A stretch of DNA of 63,855 bases, the filler included, from Sphacelaria rigidula (taxonomy: Eukaryota), in NCBI GenBank assembly GCA_964200075.2. It is 8 parts of 8 records of this genome, joined end to end, with 100 filler letters (N's around TTAATTAATTAA, not from the genome) between each part and the next. Parts side by side here need not be neighbours in the genome. Positions count along the whole stretch, not along the records: positions 7,996 to 15,890 come from CAXNAA020013070.1; positions 15,991 to 23,885 come from CAXNAA020013071.1; 6 more parts are not named here. One strand, written 5' to 3'. The notes beneath the pieces were generated by a model. The model saw only the letters and a list, made by a program, of their open reading frames with translations, was not told the DNA's origin and did not search any database. Below, one piece after another: positions 10,901-23,985 of the stretch. The position numbers and the translations under genes are program-made. Each line of letters opens with the position of its first letter. Position 1 is the first letter of the stretch.

Positions 10901-13900
10901 TCCCTTACCCCCGATGTATATTTCCCTCGTTTGTGGGCGTCAAGCCTCCGTTTGCCAACTCGTAACTGCAGTAATCTAGCAATGGTTCCTCGCAAGCATA
11001 TGCAAGTGTCATTTTCTACTGGAGAGACTCGGGTCCACCGCCTCGTGGCGCTGATCGCGTGACAAGCGTTCACCTTGCCGCAGGAGGTTCGTCATGTCTT
11101 GTTTAACTTCGTTCACCACACCGTGCTCCATGACACGGCCGCCTTTCCCCTGTCGGCAACGCTTAGCAGCTGTCCCACGGCATGGTCTATCACGTGATAT
11201 CTTCCTTCAGGCTGGCCCACATCTCTACTCGCAGATATCCGCGATCGAGTGCATGCTATCTTCCGCAGAAAATTGCGGCGCAATTACAAATTTCGCACAA
11301 TTCATACTAAATCACTATGAAAAAAAACACACTGCAAAAACCTGACGGTTAGACCGCCCACTACTGTAGTGGCCCCGTTCGTCATCACTTCCTCACGGAC
11401 GAGGATCCGTAGCCAGTCGGTCGTAGTAACGGATTCATGTGGGACGGTATTTGTTTCGCCCGTGATACGATAAACGTCTACTCGATCCGCTGAGGTTAGG
11501 GACGTGAACGTACCACTAGTTTCTGCCAGCAGCTCGATTAGGAGTTTGCACCGGTGGGCGGAGTACTGATCTATCTATGTTATCCACTTACCGTCGACGT
11601 ATTCATCCTCCGGCATTTTCAAGACTACCTGATCCATTGCACGCAGCGCCGACCATATCCGGTATTGCAGCAAGACAGCGCTGTTGACAGTAGATAGTTC
11701 CCCCACACTTGGTCCTGCGTGCACTGGGCATGGTCGACCGCGTGTAGTGCGCCCACGTACCCGTTCGCTCACCTTCGCTAGCTGGTTAAATTGCAGACCT
11801 TGAACCGAGCTCCAGCTGCTGCTTCTGGTGCTTCACAACCCCAGCGCCTTAGCCACCTGGCATCTGCCTGCTGCTGGTACGACCTGTGCTCCCCGGTGGT
11901 GGCGACGTTCCCGGGACCCCCACCTAACGGTATAGTGTTGGCTGCTGCGCGAGAGCAAGCGAGAGTTACGGCGGTAGCGACGGCGGCGAGAGCGAGAGCG
12001 AAAGCGGGAGCGGGAGCGGAAGCAAGAGCGGTGGCGGCTCCGAAAGCGGGAAGTCGAGAGCCTGGTGTCTCGGTTGTCCTGCCTGTGGTGCGTCGATGGG
12101 GAGCGAGGGTCGAGATTCCTCGTGGCTTCTGTGGTGCACGGTGCTGGGGGGGGCGCCCGGGAGTCGAGATCCCCGCCAGCACCACCGCCATTGCCGCTCC
12201 CCTGGATGTCGGGGGGCACGTCACCGCGTAGATGAAGGGGTGACGGGGCGCAGCAGCCCCTGGATCACCTGCTCGACCCGCTGATGGGCGGCGGGAGTAG
12301 CTGCCCTGTAGATTGTTTGCAGAAGCGACGTTGGTGCTGCTGCAGTGGTTTTTGTGGTGGTTGTTGGGAGCAGACATCTCCATCAATCGTCGAAGAGCGG
12401 CATGTGATAACGTGAGGAGGTAGTGAAACATGAATAGGTAGTGAGGAAAAAATATAATAAGAATGGTAATAAGATACACGTGGGTGCCCGCACATGCGAA
12501 ATGGCGATGAGGGAGGAAGTCCCCGGTCATCCATGTATGGTGCGACACTGACGACCATGATATGAGTCGTATTGCGCAGGTGCGTTTGGGGCGAGGAAAA
12601 TCGAACAGTAGAAGCGGCAGGCGCGGACGGGGGAACGTAGTGTTAGTGTGGACTCGTCTGATGTTTATGTAACGCATGGAAGGTGCTGCTTTCGAAAGTA
12701 CTGTAACGAAAAGAGGCACACAGGGATAGGAGACACAGTGTAACAGTAGCGGGAAAAAATGGAAAAAATATAAGATGGCGTAACGAATCAAATATCCCAT
12801 CAACTAATGAAATAAAATTCGTTGTGCAAAAACAAATTAAATACATGAAATTATTCCCACCCCCACCCCCACCCCCCCACCCCCCAAAACAATAAAAAAA
12901 CTAAAGTAGGGGAGAATGTTTTTTTAACCATAGGTCACTGTAAAGGGAGGAATCAAACGCGACGAAACACTACAGTAGTTGAAGGGTGGACAATCAAGGC
13001 GTGAGCCCCGCATATAATATCGTACACAATCGTTATGTCTACTGCTGCCGAGCAAGGGCACTGGTTGCCCCGAATTTGCTGACGTGAAGAAGCCACGATG
13101 CCCCCGCAGTGAGGTGACGATAGGTTGCCTCATGAAGTGAAGTGAAGATACGTTGCCCCATGACGTGAATTGAAGATACCACTTGTCGAGTAGATATGAT
13201 GTGTCGAAATGTGAGCCGATGTGGATATACCAGTGTAGTGGCGACATGTTGTGACGAGTAGCGGAGGCGAATCCAAAACGACTGGACTCAAGCAAATAAC
13301 TTTTCACAATGCCGCATATCAATCAAATCGTACTAGGGGCCATTCGTCATTGCTGGGCGTAGACCATTTTTTGCCCCCAGGGGTGCCTCGAGCACAAATG
13401 CTTCGTACGTCGGTCAGTAATTCATCCGGACTCATAATGAATGATCCCAACAATTGCTCGAGCAGTCCTGTGCGTGCGCTCAGAGTTCGTTGGTCCAAAA
13501 TTACACACAGCGCAAACACGCTTCCACCGCACACACTACAGTGCAAACACCATGTGATCACGAACCTGGCTAATATGGGTAGGTACCGGGGCACCATATC
13601 TAACAGGAGCTGTTTGCTGTCACAGTACACACCTGAATGATAAACGCGGATTACAGTCTCGCTATACCTCCCGGCACCCAATGCACACAACTGCCGGAAG
13701 CGCCAGTTACGCACGCATGCACGGATATTTCCGCCTCGTGATACCTTATTCTCTAATAGTGGGCCACAGGCATTCACCTCCTGTCTACGGAGCATGTTGT
13801 ACACAACGTGCACGTTATAACATCCATACTTGCTATGGGAGGATGTGCACTGTTTTGAGAGGCGTGAATAGAATCTCAAAATTCGATCGTATTCCGGTGC

Positions 13901-13956
13901 AAGCTCGTGTACAGGCGGCTGTATGCTGTCTGCAGCATTCTGTTGCAGCGATGGTG

Positions 13957-14062
13957 CACGGGTGGCCACTGGGGTGCCTGTAACCTTAAGTTTTGGCGTG
14001 ACAAATGTCGAGCAACGTCTGTAAGGTTCAAATTTGAGGTTGCAGGCACCCCAGTGGCCATC

Positions 14063-14066
<4 letters not shown>
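13957..14066. mobile_element. 110-bp Tc1/mariner-type MITE
   Basis: 30-bp TIRs CACGGGTGGCCACTGGGGTGCCTGTAACCT / AGGTTGCAGGCACCCCAGTGGCCATCCGTG, TA on the right; same termini as 54561-54853. Confidence 0.75.

Positions 14067-14068
<2 letters not shown>

Positions 14069-14102
<34 letters not shown>
14069..14102. repeat. (TG)n microsatellite
   Basis: Direct reading; abuts the MITE. Confidence 0.95.
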
Positions 14103-14103
<1 letters not shown>

Positions 14104-14990
14104 CCACGCCATGGACGCGCAGGACCGTGTAAAAGGGTGCAGGACAGGATGTACTTACAGTGCCGCTTTGGCGCTGGAAGTATCGACCACACAAGACAAC
14201 TGCTTGTTACAGCTCTGTTCTGTCCAAGCTCGATGGTTTCTTGCAGAAGCCAATAGGCATGTCAAATTTTGGCACCTAAAAACACGTGATCGGTGTTCAG
14301 AAGACCCCAAGCTTAACAGAAAGCACGATTGCTGCACTACACCGTATGCAGACACAACGCGAAACAGTGCAGCTCTACAGCGATGCGACTATGCTGTACT
14401 GCTTATAATCTCGATTTGGCACCATGTGGTGGTCTGGCCACGAGGTGATACCGGTGTCACTCTTAAGGAACATACCAGGCCAGGGGTGACACAAAGCCAG
14501 CGGCTGGCAGCAATGAACGATCGCAGTCGACAGGAGTGACCCTCGAACTCATGACTGACAGACTCTTGAGTTCGACCAGCACTGCATCATAAGGCCAAGC
14601 AGGGACTCACTCTTTCACGTGGAGAAGGGTGCTCGTGACTTGTTTGCAAGCGAGAAGTCTCCACGTGGTGGCTGATAGCTTTGTTATTAGGCTTGCTAGG
14701 TAGCTAAAAACAACTGACCGGCCGGGGGGTCCTACCGTACTGCAAAACCCGACTGGGATATAGCCCGAATAACGTACAGCTGGAATACGACCTGTCGCCC
14801 ATGTCACGCACATCAAGAACGCCTTCTATATAAGCGACTGACATCCGCGGTAACATTAGAGCAGCGTTGTGTTTGATAACATATTATTTCGATGGCGTCA
14901 TGTGTGGCTGCCGTATACAGCAGTACAGTATTACAGCAGTAGAACCATTCGTACGACTACAGCTGCGATAGTGCACAAGACACTGCAAAT

Positions 14991-15288
14991 AACAACGTTT
15001 TCGTGAAATTGAGAGTTCCAGGTACGATTGAGAGTGAAAGGCGGTCAATTACTGAATAAGACGTTTCAGTTCCGAAATGCACCTCCACCAGGCCCAATGT
15101 TCCCTCTGTAGTAGCTTACCACTGAGGCCCGCGATACCCTTGAGTAGAATATCAACGTGCAGCTGTAAGCACATGGCAGTGGTGAGACGACGAAAAGCAC
15201 GTATAGAATAAAAAATGGCCAGGTTGAAGCGAATGATGACAGCCACTCTCAATCCGCACCCAACTCTCAATCTCACGAAAATCTTGTT
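14991..15288. mobile_element. ~300-bp MITE with (A)ACAA.GTTTTCGTGAGATTGAGAGT-type TIRs
   Basis: aacaacgttttcgtgaaattgagagt / actctcaatctcacgaaaatcttgtt; further copies at 53734-54030 and 61112-61405, end fragments at 223-270 and 366-410. Confidence 0.7.
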
Positions 15289-15823
15289 GAATGTAGACCA
15301 AAACGTATACTTCGAGGAAAGGAAAATCATGGAGAAAACTGTAGCCCCCTCACCTGGCTCGTACCATTTCACCATCCCGATACGTGTACACCACACCTGC
15401 TGGAGACTCCCCTCCACTGTACGTTACGAGATGTCTTCTTGCCACATGTGTCTAATACAGCGTGTGTACTGCTGCAAACGCGGCACAAAAGTACGCGGCG
15501 TGCGACTTGAAGCGTAGGAGTACACTTGAGCAAAACGAAACAAAACAAGATGTTCAATCAAATCTCGTGTATCCAAGGGGCAGCTGAAAAACAAATTCGG
15601 GACCCGTAGCCTCCCCCCCTCCCCCTCCGGAGGACATTTCCCGAAAATCGTCATGATTTTTTCGATTTTTTTTGTCGACTTTTTCGCAAGAAATTGATCA
15701 ATAAACATTGTTTTGACAATTTCTGTTGATTTTGTTGCAAGAAATTGATCAATGAACATTGACAAAATCCGGAAAATTTGGTGGACTTTGCGGGGTGTAT
15801 GTTTGCTTCTGCTCCTTTACATA

Positions 15824-15837
15824 CTTATTATTATTAC

Positions 15838-15890
<53 letters not shown>
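15824..15890. repeat. (ATT)n microsatellite at contig end
   Basis: Direct reading. Confidence 0.95.
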
Positions 15891-15990
15891 NNNNNNNNNN
15901 NNNNNNNNNNNNNNNNNNNNNNNNNNNNNNNNNNTTAATTAATTAANNNNNNNNNNNNNNNNNNNNNNNNNNNNNNNNNNNNNNNNNNNN
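15891..15990. other. Artificial contig linker
   Basis: Same N44-TTAATTAATTAA-N44 cassette. Confidence 0.98.
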
Positions 15991-16195
15991 CGGGACGAAC
16001 AATCTTCGAAGGATGCAGCTCATCCTTCATGCGACTCGCCGAACCCACCACGGCGCTTCGCGCTTGGTGGTTGAGTGCGACCCTGGTCCGGCGGAAACCC
16101 GGCGTGCTCCGTCCCGGATTTGTAGCGATGCGAGGTCAATGGTCATACGACTATGGCATGCATGATCATGAGTACATGAGTGCACCCCCCCCCTC
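15991..16195 (-). repeat. Abundant interspersed repeat (poly-G-TGTAGTCATG family)
   Basis: Core gcatccctacaaagccgggacggagcacgccggg...accaagcgcgaagcgccgtgg...gagtcgcatgaagggtgagctgca shared with several other copies in the window. Confidence 0.85.
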
Positions 16196-16453
16196 CCCTT
16201 TTCTTGGGAAATTGAGCTCCCACAACACGCTTCGAGCTTGCTCGGCCGGACGGCGTGCAACGATCAAATATGTGTCAATACTTAGCAGCAGCTCACAAAC
16301 ACGCCCACAGATCCCGCCCTATCACAGCAGCAACAATAATGAAATATCTCCAGATGCCCCCGACAGTAGTGAGAAGCAAAACACACGGGTCACGTCCCTC
16401 CAGATATCCCCGCGATGCAGAAGGAGCGTGAAAACGAAACGCATGTATCGTAC

Positions 16454-17749
16454 CTCCAGATGCCCCCCGCCGGCCGCCTCCTGACACGTCCTCTCATCCC
16501 AAGGGCAGCCATGCTCCCTGCACCACCGCAGCACTTCTAGGTTGCCCCCTTCCGCAGCGCTGGCGCACGTTTCCGTGTTCCATTCACAGCCCCTGTCACG
16601 GCACCACTTGAGTACCTCCAGATGCCCGCCCCACGCCGCCGACCCGCAGGTCCTGCCAACGACAGACCGAACAAAGCCCGAAAACGAGAAGGCAACCTAG
16701 TGGTTACAAACCCACGCATCCGCAAGAAGCGCGTTGCAATACAAAGACACAGTATGCAGCATAGGTACGCACCTACTGAAAACGTATTCTCACACCGTGC
16801 GGCCTCGGGGTGCCCGAGTTTTCAAAGATCATATTTGACTTTTTTCTTTGGCTGCCTCCAAACGTTCTCCAGGTCGAACAGGTACCCACTGCAGTCAAAA
16901 TCGCACACACAGAAAACGCAAGTTCTACCGGTCATGGAAATATCCTCCACACGGCAAACCTCGACAACACACCCGGAAGTCGATCGCAGCACAAGCTAGT
17001 AACACAGCGTCTAGATTTACATCCACCACGGCTTCTCCTCCGTATGTTTTATCGATGGGCCAAGCGGGAAGTCGTGGCATTGGGTGGTGCAACATATCTT
17101 CGTTCTCGTACACAAGCGGCTGAATCATCAACAGCACGGCACTCCCCCCGTGTCCACCGCCCGATGGCTTTTACCCTCACGTCATATTCTTCATAGCACA
17201 AGTACAGTGACGCCACGCCTCGGTGGTGAAAACTGGTGCAACACCAACCAGTGAGGGCGGAGTAACGATAATTCCGGCAGTAATGATGCGCTCCGCTTGC
17301 TCCCGTGGTGGGAAGCATGAAGGAGCGAGTTCAAGGAAGAATTTAGCGAAACCCGATGAGGTGTGTAAGTATGATTCAAATGCTCAATAGCTATCACCAG
17401 GCAGGTACCAGGGGGGAAGATAGGTTCATTCCCCACCACCACCTATTTGTCCTGGACGTCCCGAGCAAGGGAAAGAGGGGGAGGGACGGGAGAGGGACCT
17501 GGGAGTATCAGGAACGAATAAAAAAACATATCACCTGCGCCCAGGAATGTACACGATCCCATACAAACGGATCTACAGTAACTCAACAATAAACATCCAC
17601 AGCATGATGCTTCATTATTGTCACCTTGCGTCCCAGAGACAACCGTTCGCCCTGCACCAGTTCAACGACTCCAGATTGCCCGCCGCGGCCGCGTAGGCGC
17701 ATGTCATCTCATCCCAAGGACAGTTATTATCCCTGCACCATTGCATCAT
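16454..17749 (-). CDS. Ankyrin-repeat protein, CPWD/AAxGGHLEVLxW type; two internal exons (17625-17749, 16454-16652)
   Basis: Both exons are bounded by AG/GT and join in phase 2: MMQWCRDNNCPWDEMTCAYAAAAGNLESLNWCRANGCLWDAR-TCGSAAWGGHLEVLKWCRDRGCEWNTETCASAAEGGNLEVLRWCREHGCPWDERTCQEAAGGGHLE; intron 16653-17624; partial gene. Confidence 0.88.
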
Positions 17750-17817
17750 CTGAGTACAACGTTCAAAGGGTAGCGACGTCGGGTAGGCCGGCGGGCGAGT
17801 GAGTGGTGGTGGTGGTG

Positions 17818-18050
17818 GGGGGTGTACTCATGATCATGCATGCCCTAGTCATCAGACCGTTGACCTCGCATCCCTACAAAGCCGNNNNNNNNNGTGGTGT
17901 GTTCGGCGAGTCGCATAAAGGGTGAGCTGCACCCTGCGAAGATTGTTCGGCCCGAAGCCTTTGGATGACAGCCTCCAATGAATTGCGTTATTGTCTGGTT
18001 TCGCCATTTCCAGAGACAGCCACGTCTTATAGACTGCCTCATGGGTGTCT
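17818..18050 (+). repeat. Poly-G-TGTAGTCATG family copy (contains a 9-N gap)
   Basis: Same core as 15991-16195. Confidence 0.8.
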
Positions 18051-19219
18051 CAGGAGGGGGAGGGTTGCTGCATCATCTGCTGCATTCATCCCTGCTGCGA
18101 AGAAGGAGACAGACCTTGCAACATTAGGCTTGGTGTTACTGTAGAGCCATGTCCCGGTCACAGGCTACGTTCCTGTAGCAGCCTTGATCTTACTCTCGTG
18201 TGGTATATCTTGTGTGCAAGAACTCCTCTTTTGTAGACCATGTCGGTCTACATTTCAAACCGCCAACAATACACCAGGGGAGAGCATAGTTCATATTTAT
18301 TCGAACAAGGCCCACCGTGACTCAATCCCCTTACCCGAAAGGTTGTGATTCGAATCTTGGCTCGACTTACAACCCTCGCATATATCCCTCATTTTGTTAT
18401 AAAGGAAAACCCATAATATGTCTGATGGGATGCGTGGATTTACGATCCTTGAATATATCCCTAATTCTGTCATGAAGGAACCCACGATATGCCTGATAGG
18501 ATACGTGATGTATGATATCAAAACGCGAAGGCATGTATGCAGCCTCCCCACGATTTCCTCCTCAACCTGCGGCGGCAATGCCACTGCCGTGGTTGGACAT
18601 TAATATCACGCCGTGATCTTCCAGAAAACGGGATCTACATGACAGCGCAGGTGGGGACTTGTATGTACGGGAAAAAGTAGAGTTTGGGGTTTCCAAGTTT
18701 TATATACTCCGTAACTCATCGTGGGCATGACAATGTTCCGTTCAAGACTTTTTGGTCGTTGATTCAACAGCTCTTCTCTGCAATTGCCCTAAATATTCCA
18801 GCCCGTTTCGAACAAAATTTGTTGTTCGTGCTTGTCCTGCTGCAACGTCCCTGTCCTCACTCCATTCGTTAGATTGTGCTGATTTGCGGTCGCCCACTCG
18901 TCGGATTCCGGTCCCCGAGCTTTCTCGTACTCAACACGCTGTTCGAACCCGGGCTACATTCTTATTGCGTCGATGTCGTGCTCGTATCAAGTACCCCTTC
19001 TCCCCGAATATAAGTCTAGCCGAGTCCGGCGAGAACCCGGCGTGCTGCATCCCGGCTTTGTAGGGGCGGACCCCCCTCTGGGGTCGGTGTCGGGTGGCGA
19101 TGACGCTATGAAACACGCCACTCACTGCGTAAGCTAGGCAACCAGGTTACCGACTTTGTTTGCACGCTTGCGCTTGTTTGTGGTAGCCATGATGGTAGTC
19201 GAGCTAGATCATGTTGTGC

Positions 19220-19588
19220 GGCGTGGGAGAACCTCAACTCTGCACGAAGGGGATGGTCGTTCCACGTAGTGTTTGAATAGTGAGACACCCATGACATAGT
19301 GTATAAGTCATGGCTATCTCTGGAAGTGGCGATACTAGAAAATGAAGCAACTCATTGCAGGCTGTCATCTAAATGCAACATAATCAGCACGCTTCGCGGA
19401 ACATTATTTAGCAGGATGCAGCTCACCCTTCATGCGACTCGCCCAGCAAACCACGGCGCTTCGCGCTTGGTGGTTTGAGTGTGAGCCTGGTCCGGTGAAA
19501 ACCCGGCGTGCTCCGTCCCGGCTTTGTAGGGGTGCGAGGTGAATGGTCATATGACTACGGCATGCAAGATTATGAGTACACCCCCCGG
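19220..19588 (-). repeat. Poly-G-TGTAGTCATG family copy
   Basis: Same core; ends gagtacacccccc on the plus strand. Confidence 0.8.
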
Positions 19589-19674
19589 ATAAGACAAGGG
19601 ACACTGTTGAGTAGGATGCGGAACAAAGCCTTGGTCACCACTTTTTGCAAAAGCAGTAGGGAGAGACTGGCCAT

Positions 19675-19814
19675 GAGCAATGCTACGGCAGGGGTGCACT
19701 TTTGTTTTGAGGCTCTTTGCTGTAGGAGCCTCTCAGTGACAAATATATGGGCCTTAGTGTGCAGCCTCAGAAAACTGCTGAACTGAATAGTGCACCCCTG
19801 CCGTGGCATCACTC
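19675..19814. mobile_element. Short Sola2-like MITE
   Basis: GAGCAATGCTACGGCAGGGGTGCAC / GTGCACCCCTGCCGTGGCATCACTC; flanks ccat/tcat. Confidence 0.7.
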
Positions 19815-22800
19815 TCATAAGGAATCGTTCCACGAGACGACACTGCTGCACCCTCTCTACGGTGTGCGACCAAACAGTCGAAGAAAGTGTGCAATACCCA
19901 AGTGATCTGTCCTGCCCCCCCTCCCCTAGAGTGCGTATCGGGCACCAGATTGACAACTTGATTGCTCGTCGCACATGAACGGACCTGTCAACTCTAGCAG
20001 GTGCCACACAGGGTCCGACGTAGTATATAGATGGACGGCAACGGTTCATGTAACTGATACATCGAGTATAATCTCGTGTAATCCTAGGCGAAGGGCCGCC
20101 GTGACAAGTAGTAGTATTCGATGCACCCATGTATCCCCTCCTCTCCCCCCCATCTCCCTCCCCTAGGGAAGTGTATCAGGAGCCGGTATGGACACGGCAT
20201 GGTGTTTTGATAGCACAAACATCAATATATCGCCCATGTATCAAATATCACCGCCAGAAATTTCACGTAACAAGCGCAACGGTTGGGCGGGTTTGATGGG
20301 TCCTCTGTGCGCCAGACCTCCTCTTGGAAAAAAAAAAGAAGCACTAACTGATCTTCAACACTGGTAAGCCCGACGATATAGCTCACTCTCTCCATTCCAT
20401 GTGGGAGAACCGATTCCGATGGCATAAAAAACCAGCATAGAAAGGTTTGTCCCATGGTTTCTAAACCCTCACTTGCAGTGCGTGTTTGCTTGATCAGAGC
20501 AGCGGCTGTGGACACATTGCCGAAGATTAAGCTACTATTTATCGGAGGCCGTCGGCGCACAAGCGGTTGAGCGATACGGCAATACCTCGACAAACTCTCC
20601 TGCCCTACGGAAGCGTACAAGGTGCCGGAAGGTGCCTGACGGGGCATCCTGATATTCCTGGTGTCAGGAATATCAATATATTCCAGGTACCACAAACAGT
20701 ATGTGCTCAACATTCACGTACGAATAACAAAAATAGCCCGTGATGCGATAAATGACAACTGACACGATGATACCAGCGAAAAGACACGGCTACAGCAGCG
20801 AAATTCAAGTATTTCCGCGTGTGTACGGTATTCGCACATTTTGAATGAACGAGTGAAGGTCCTCTGTACGATAGTGAATCTTGCTTTTGCACCACACGAT
20901 TTTCGCGACACGCCCAACTTTGTGCTCCGCTCGTGGAATACGGTATGGGGATTGATCAACGTCGCCTGTATATGTATACAGTATACACATATTGTATACG
21001 TATACAAGCCGTACGGGACCCGGGGCTGCGCCCCGGTCCCGTCCGTCTTTTTCGAGCGTCTCGGTTTTCTTGTCTTACCAAGCCCTCGTGAGAATAGATC
21101 CTCTCTCGAAATGTTCATGCCCGCCGGAAACACTGCAGGACCACCGCGATCGCGCGCCCGTTCGAACGGTCGCGAACCATGTGTACCCCCGCACAAAGTA
21201 AAGTACGAATCCGCTTACCGGACCCCTAGCATTGGCATTGGCCCGAACAGTCATCTCCCGGGGCGGGTGCGGAGGAATTTGCACACTAAAATCAGCATGG
21301 AATCTCGTGGACGCCTCGTTACAAAGTATGCTTGACGCTCGTGAGTTCGAAATATATATATATATACCATGTCTACGTGGTGAATGTCTCAAAAAGAGCA
21401 TTGCACAGTAGCATCCGTTAGGAAGGCTACCGATGTAGTCGATCAGTGCCTACATCTTCATCTATGAGCATCCCCACCCTCGCAAACGTCTTACCATGTA
21501 GCATGCGACTGCGCACCGTTGTGGATATTCTCTGCATTGTCACTTGCACATCCTAAACTCCAGTGACAAAAGTAGCGCATGCGGGACAGCGACAAGTTTA
21601 ATATGCTATATGTAAACATAAACCTGTCCTTCAAATATGGGTCTGAGGGGTGGTCCCGACATTCTTCATACATGTCCTCGAGACGACCCACCGTGCGAGA
21701 CGCTAAAAAGCGCACGTATTTCACAGGGTGTTGGTGTCTTCAGAAAAAAAGACTATTTCTGCGCTACATACCATACGGTGATCCCGCCCTTCTATTAATT
21801 GTTTCTTGATACATTGGTTGCTGGTACGTGCATGCCTCATCTTTATTATCCTGAATAGTTTCGTGAAGCTTCTAGTTTTCTCGCAACGTAAGTGTCCCGA
21901 AGTGTTCATCTATCTCAACAATAAGGCGGTTTCGGACACCCGTGTTTTTTCAGGAAACATCTGAGAAACTTATGACGCTCAGGGAACAGAAACGGAATTC
22001 CGAAAACAGCTAAACTATTGGAAATACTTATACCAAGTTATGGTCATTCTTGATGATGAACAGCAGGGTCATATTTTCCCCATTTATGTGCAGAGAAGAC
22101 GAACTCGAGAGTTTCATTTTTTTTTTATTCCCATAAAAATTAGAATAAAAACGACCCTGCGGAAATAACGAACGTAGGAAGCGTCACGCAGACGAGATAA
22201 ACGAGTGATACCACGCTAGGGGTAGTGGGTGTTTGACTGCACAAACACGGGAATTTATAGATGTGTCAGACGACAACACACTCGCGGCGCCCTTGTACTA
22301 GGATGAAAACGATGTCAAGTGGTATGAAAGAATGTGTCTCATTGGAACAAACGCCTTCGAACAAACGCTGCTACTTTCAACGACGATGTTGCGGTGGAAT
22401 AAGTGAGACAAGTGGCATCGATAAAAAAGAGACACTGCCGCGTCCCACGTGGTCCCCCACCGGAGTATTGGCCTGGCCCAATGCTGGGTAATTTCACAGA
22501 CAGAAATATATATTGGCATGGTGGATAACGAAAGGAACATCCGAGGGATGCTGGAGCTCTGTTCGCGATTTGGCGTCAGAGACAAGCCAGCTTCAGGGGG
22601 TATGAAGACCAACTCTGCGTCATACCTCCGCTTCATCAGAAGGAGGTCTCCGGCATCCCACAGGGCCAGCCGAGATCAGAGACGATCCTGATCGGGAACG
22701 ATGTGCTGTCCCCTGATGCAGTCGCTCCAACGGCGTGGGTCCGCGCTAGTCAAGATGCCTTCAGTGTTTGATTTCCAGCACAGAGCTATCCGCACATAAA

Positions 22801-23885
22801 ACCGTTAAAAACATGTACCAACCTTTTGGCCATAATGAGTGTCTAGGTTTTGATTTGAGTGTGAGCCTTTCATACAGACTGGTTCACGCTCATCGCCCCC
22901 AAATTCGCTAATCTAGCGAATGTCTCCTGTAATACCTGAGCAATAGTCATAAATATATCATCATACCGACCGCTATGGATGACTGAAGAGGGTGAAATAG
23001 CCGGGTGTGTGCTGTAGACAATGGCGGTGGCGCTACCGGTGAAGAGGCACCTCGACGTACTAGCGCCGTTTAAATTGTTCTGAAATGAAAGTACGAACTC
23101 CCAGACCAGATTTTACCCAATCTTCGCATGCTTCAAAATTGTAGTATACGCGATCAGCTCGAAAATGTAGTATACGGGAATCTAACGAAATAAACAAGTT
23201 CGAAAATGGTCACTTTGGGATTCAATGTATATCCAGAACCGTGGTACTCCGGTGATGTGGAGTTTTGGCGTCGACGGATTTTTACTGATCACATGCACCT
23301 AAGACCCATGGAACCTCCGGAAGGTTTCCCTTGAATCTGCCGCAAACATCTTATATCGCCATAATCTTGGCAATTTGGTGGGTATTGGTGCTCCAAATGG
23401 GAAAATGTTGAAAACCATTTTGAACTTTCTCCGCTCTTCACCGCTTCCGGGGGTTCTGGCGTGTAGACCCCCGAAAGCCGGTACGAAATGTGTCTAGAGC
23501 AAAAACAACATGTGCTTATCTCCGTGTAGTCCAAGGAATACTTGTGCCGAGATTCGTTTCGAAAGTCAATGAGCAGATGCAAACGGGTCGCTTTCATGTC
23601 AAATGCACACGTAAAAGGCGTTTCTATTCTAAAATCAAGTAGTTAGGAAGTTGTACCGGGCACGGTACACTTCAGCGCACTCATCCGCAGAACTTCACGG
23701 CAGTTCTCGGAGTTGGATTGGAAATTGCACGTGAACCATGGGTCACTACGCATTATGTTATGGGCGTTTTTTTTCGATATCCTTGGCCGGTTGTGAAGGT
23801 CCCAGAAGGGCACGTGATCTCACTTCCCCCCCCCCCCCGGCGCCCCGCTTTCCGGCAGGGTTAAAAAAAACGTGTGTTCTTGTTT

Positions 23886-23985
23886 NNNNNNNNNNNNNNN
23901 NNNNNNNNNNNNNNNNNNNNNNNNNNNNNTTAATTAATTAANNNNNNNNNNNNNNNNNNNNNNNNNNNNNNNNNNNNNNNNNNNN
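23886..23985. other. Artificial contig linker
   Basis: Same cassette. Confidence 0.98.
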
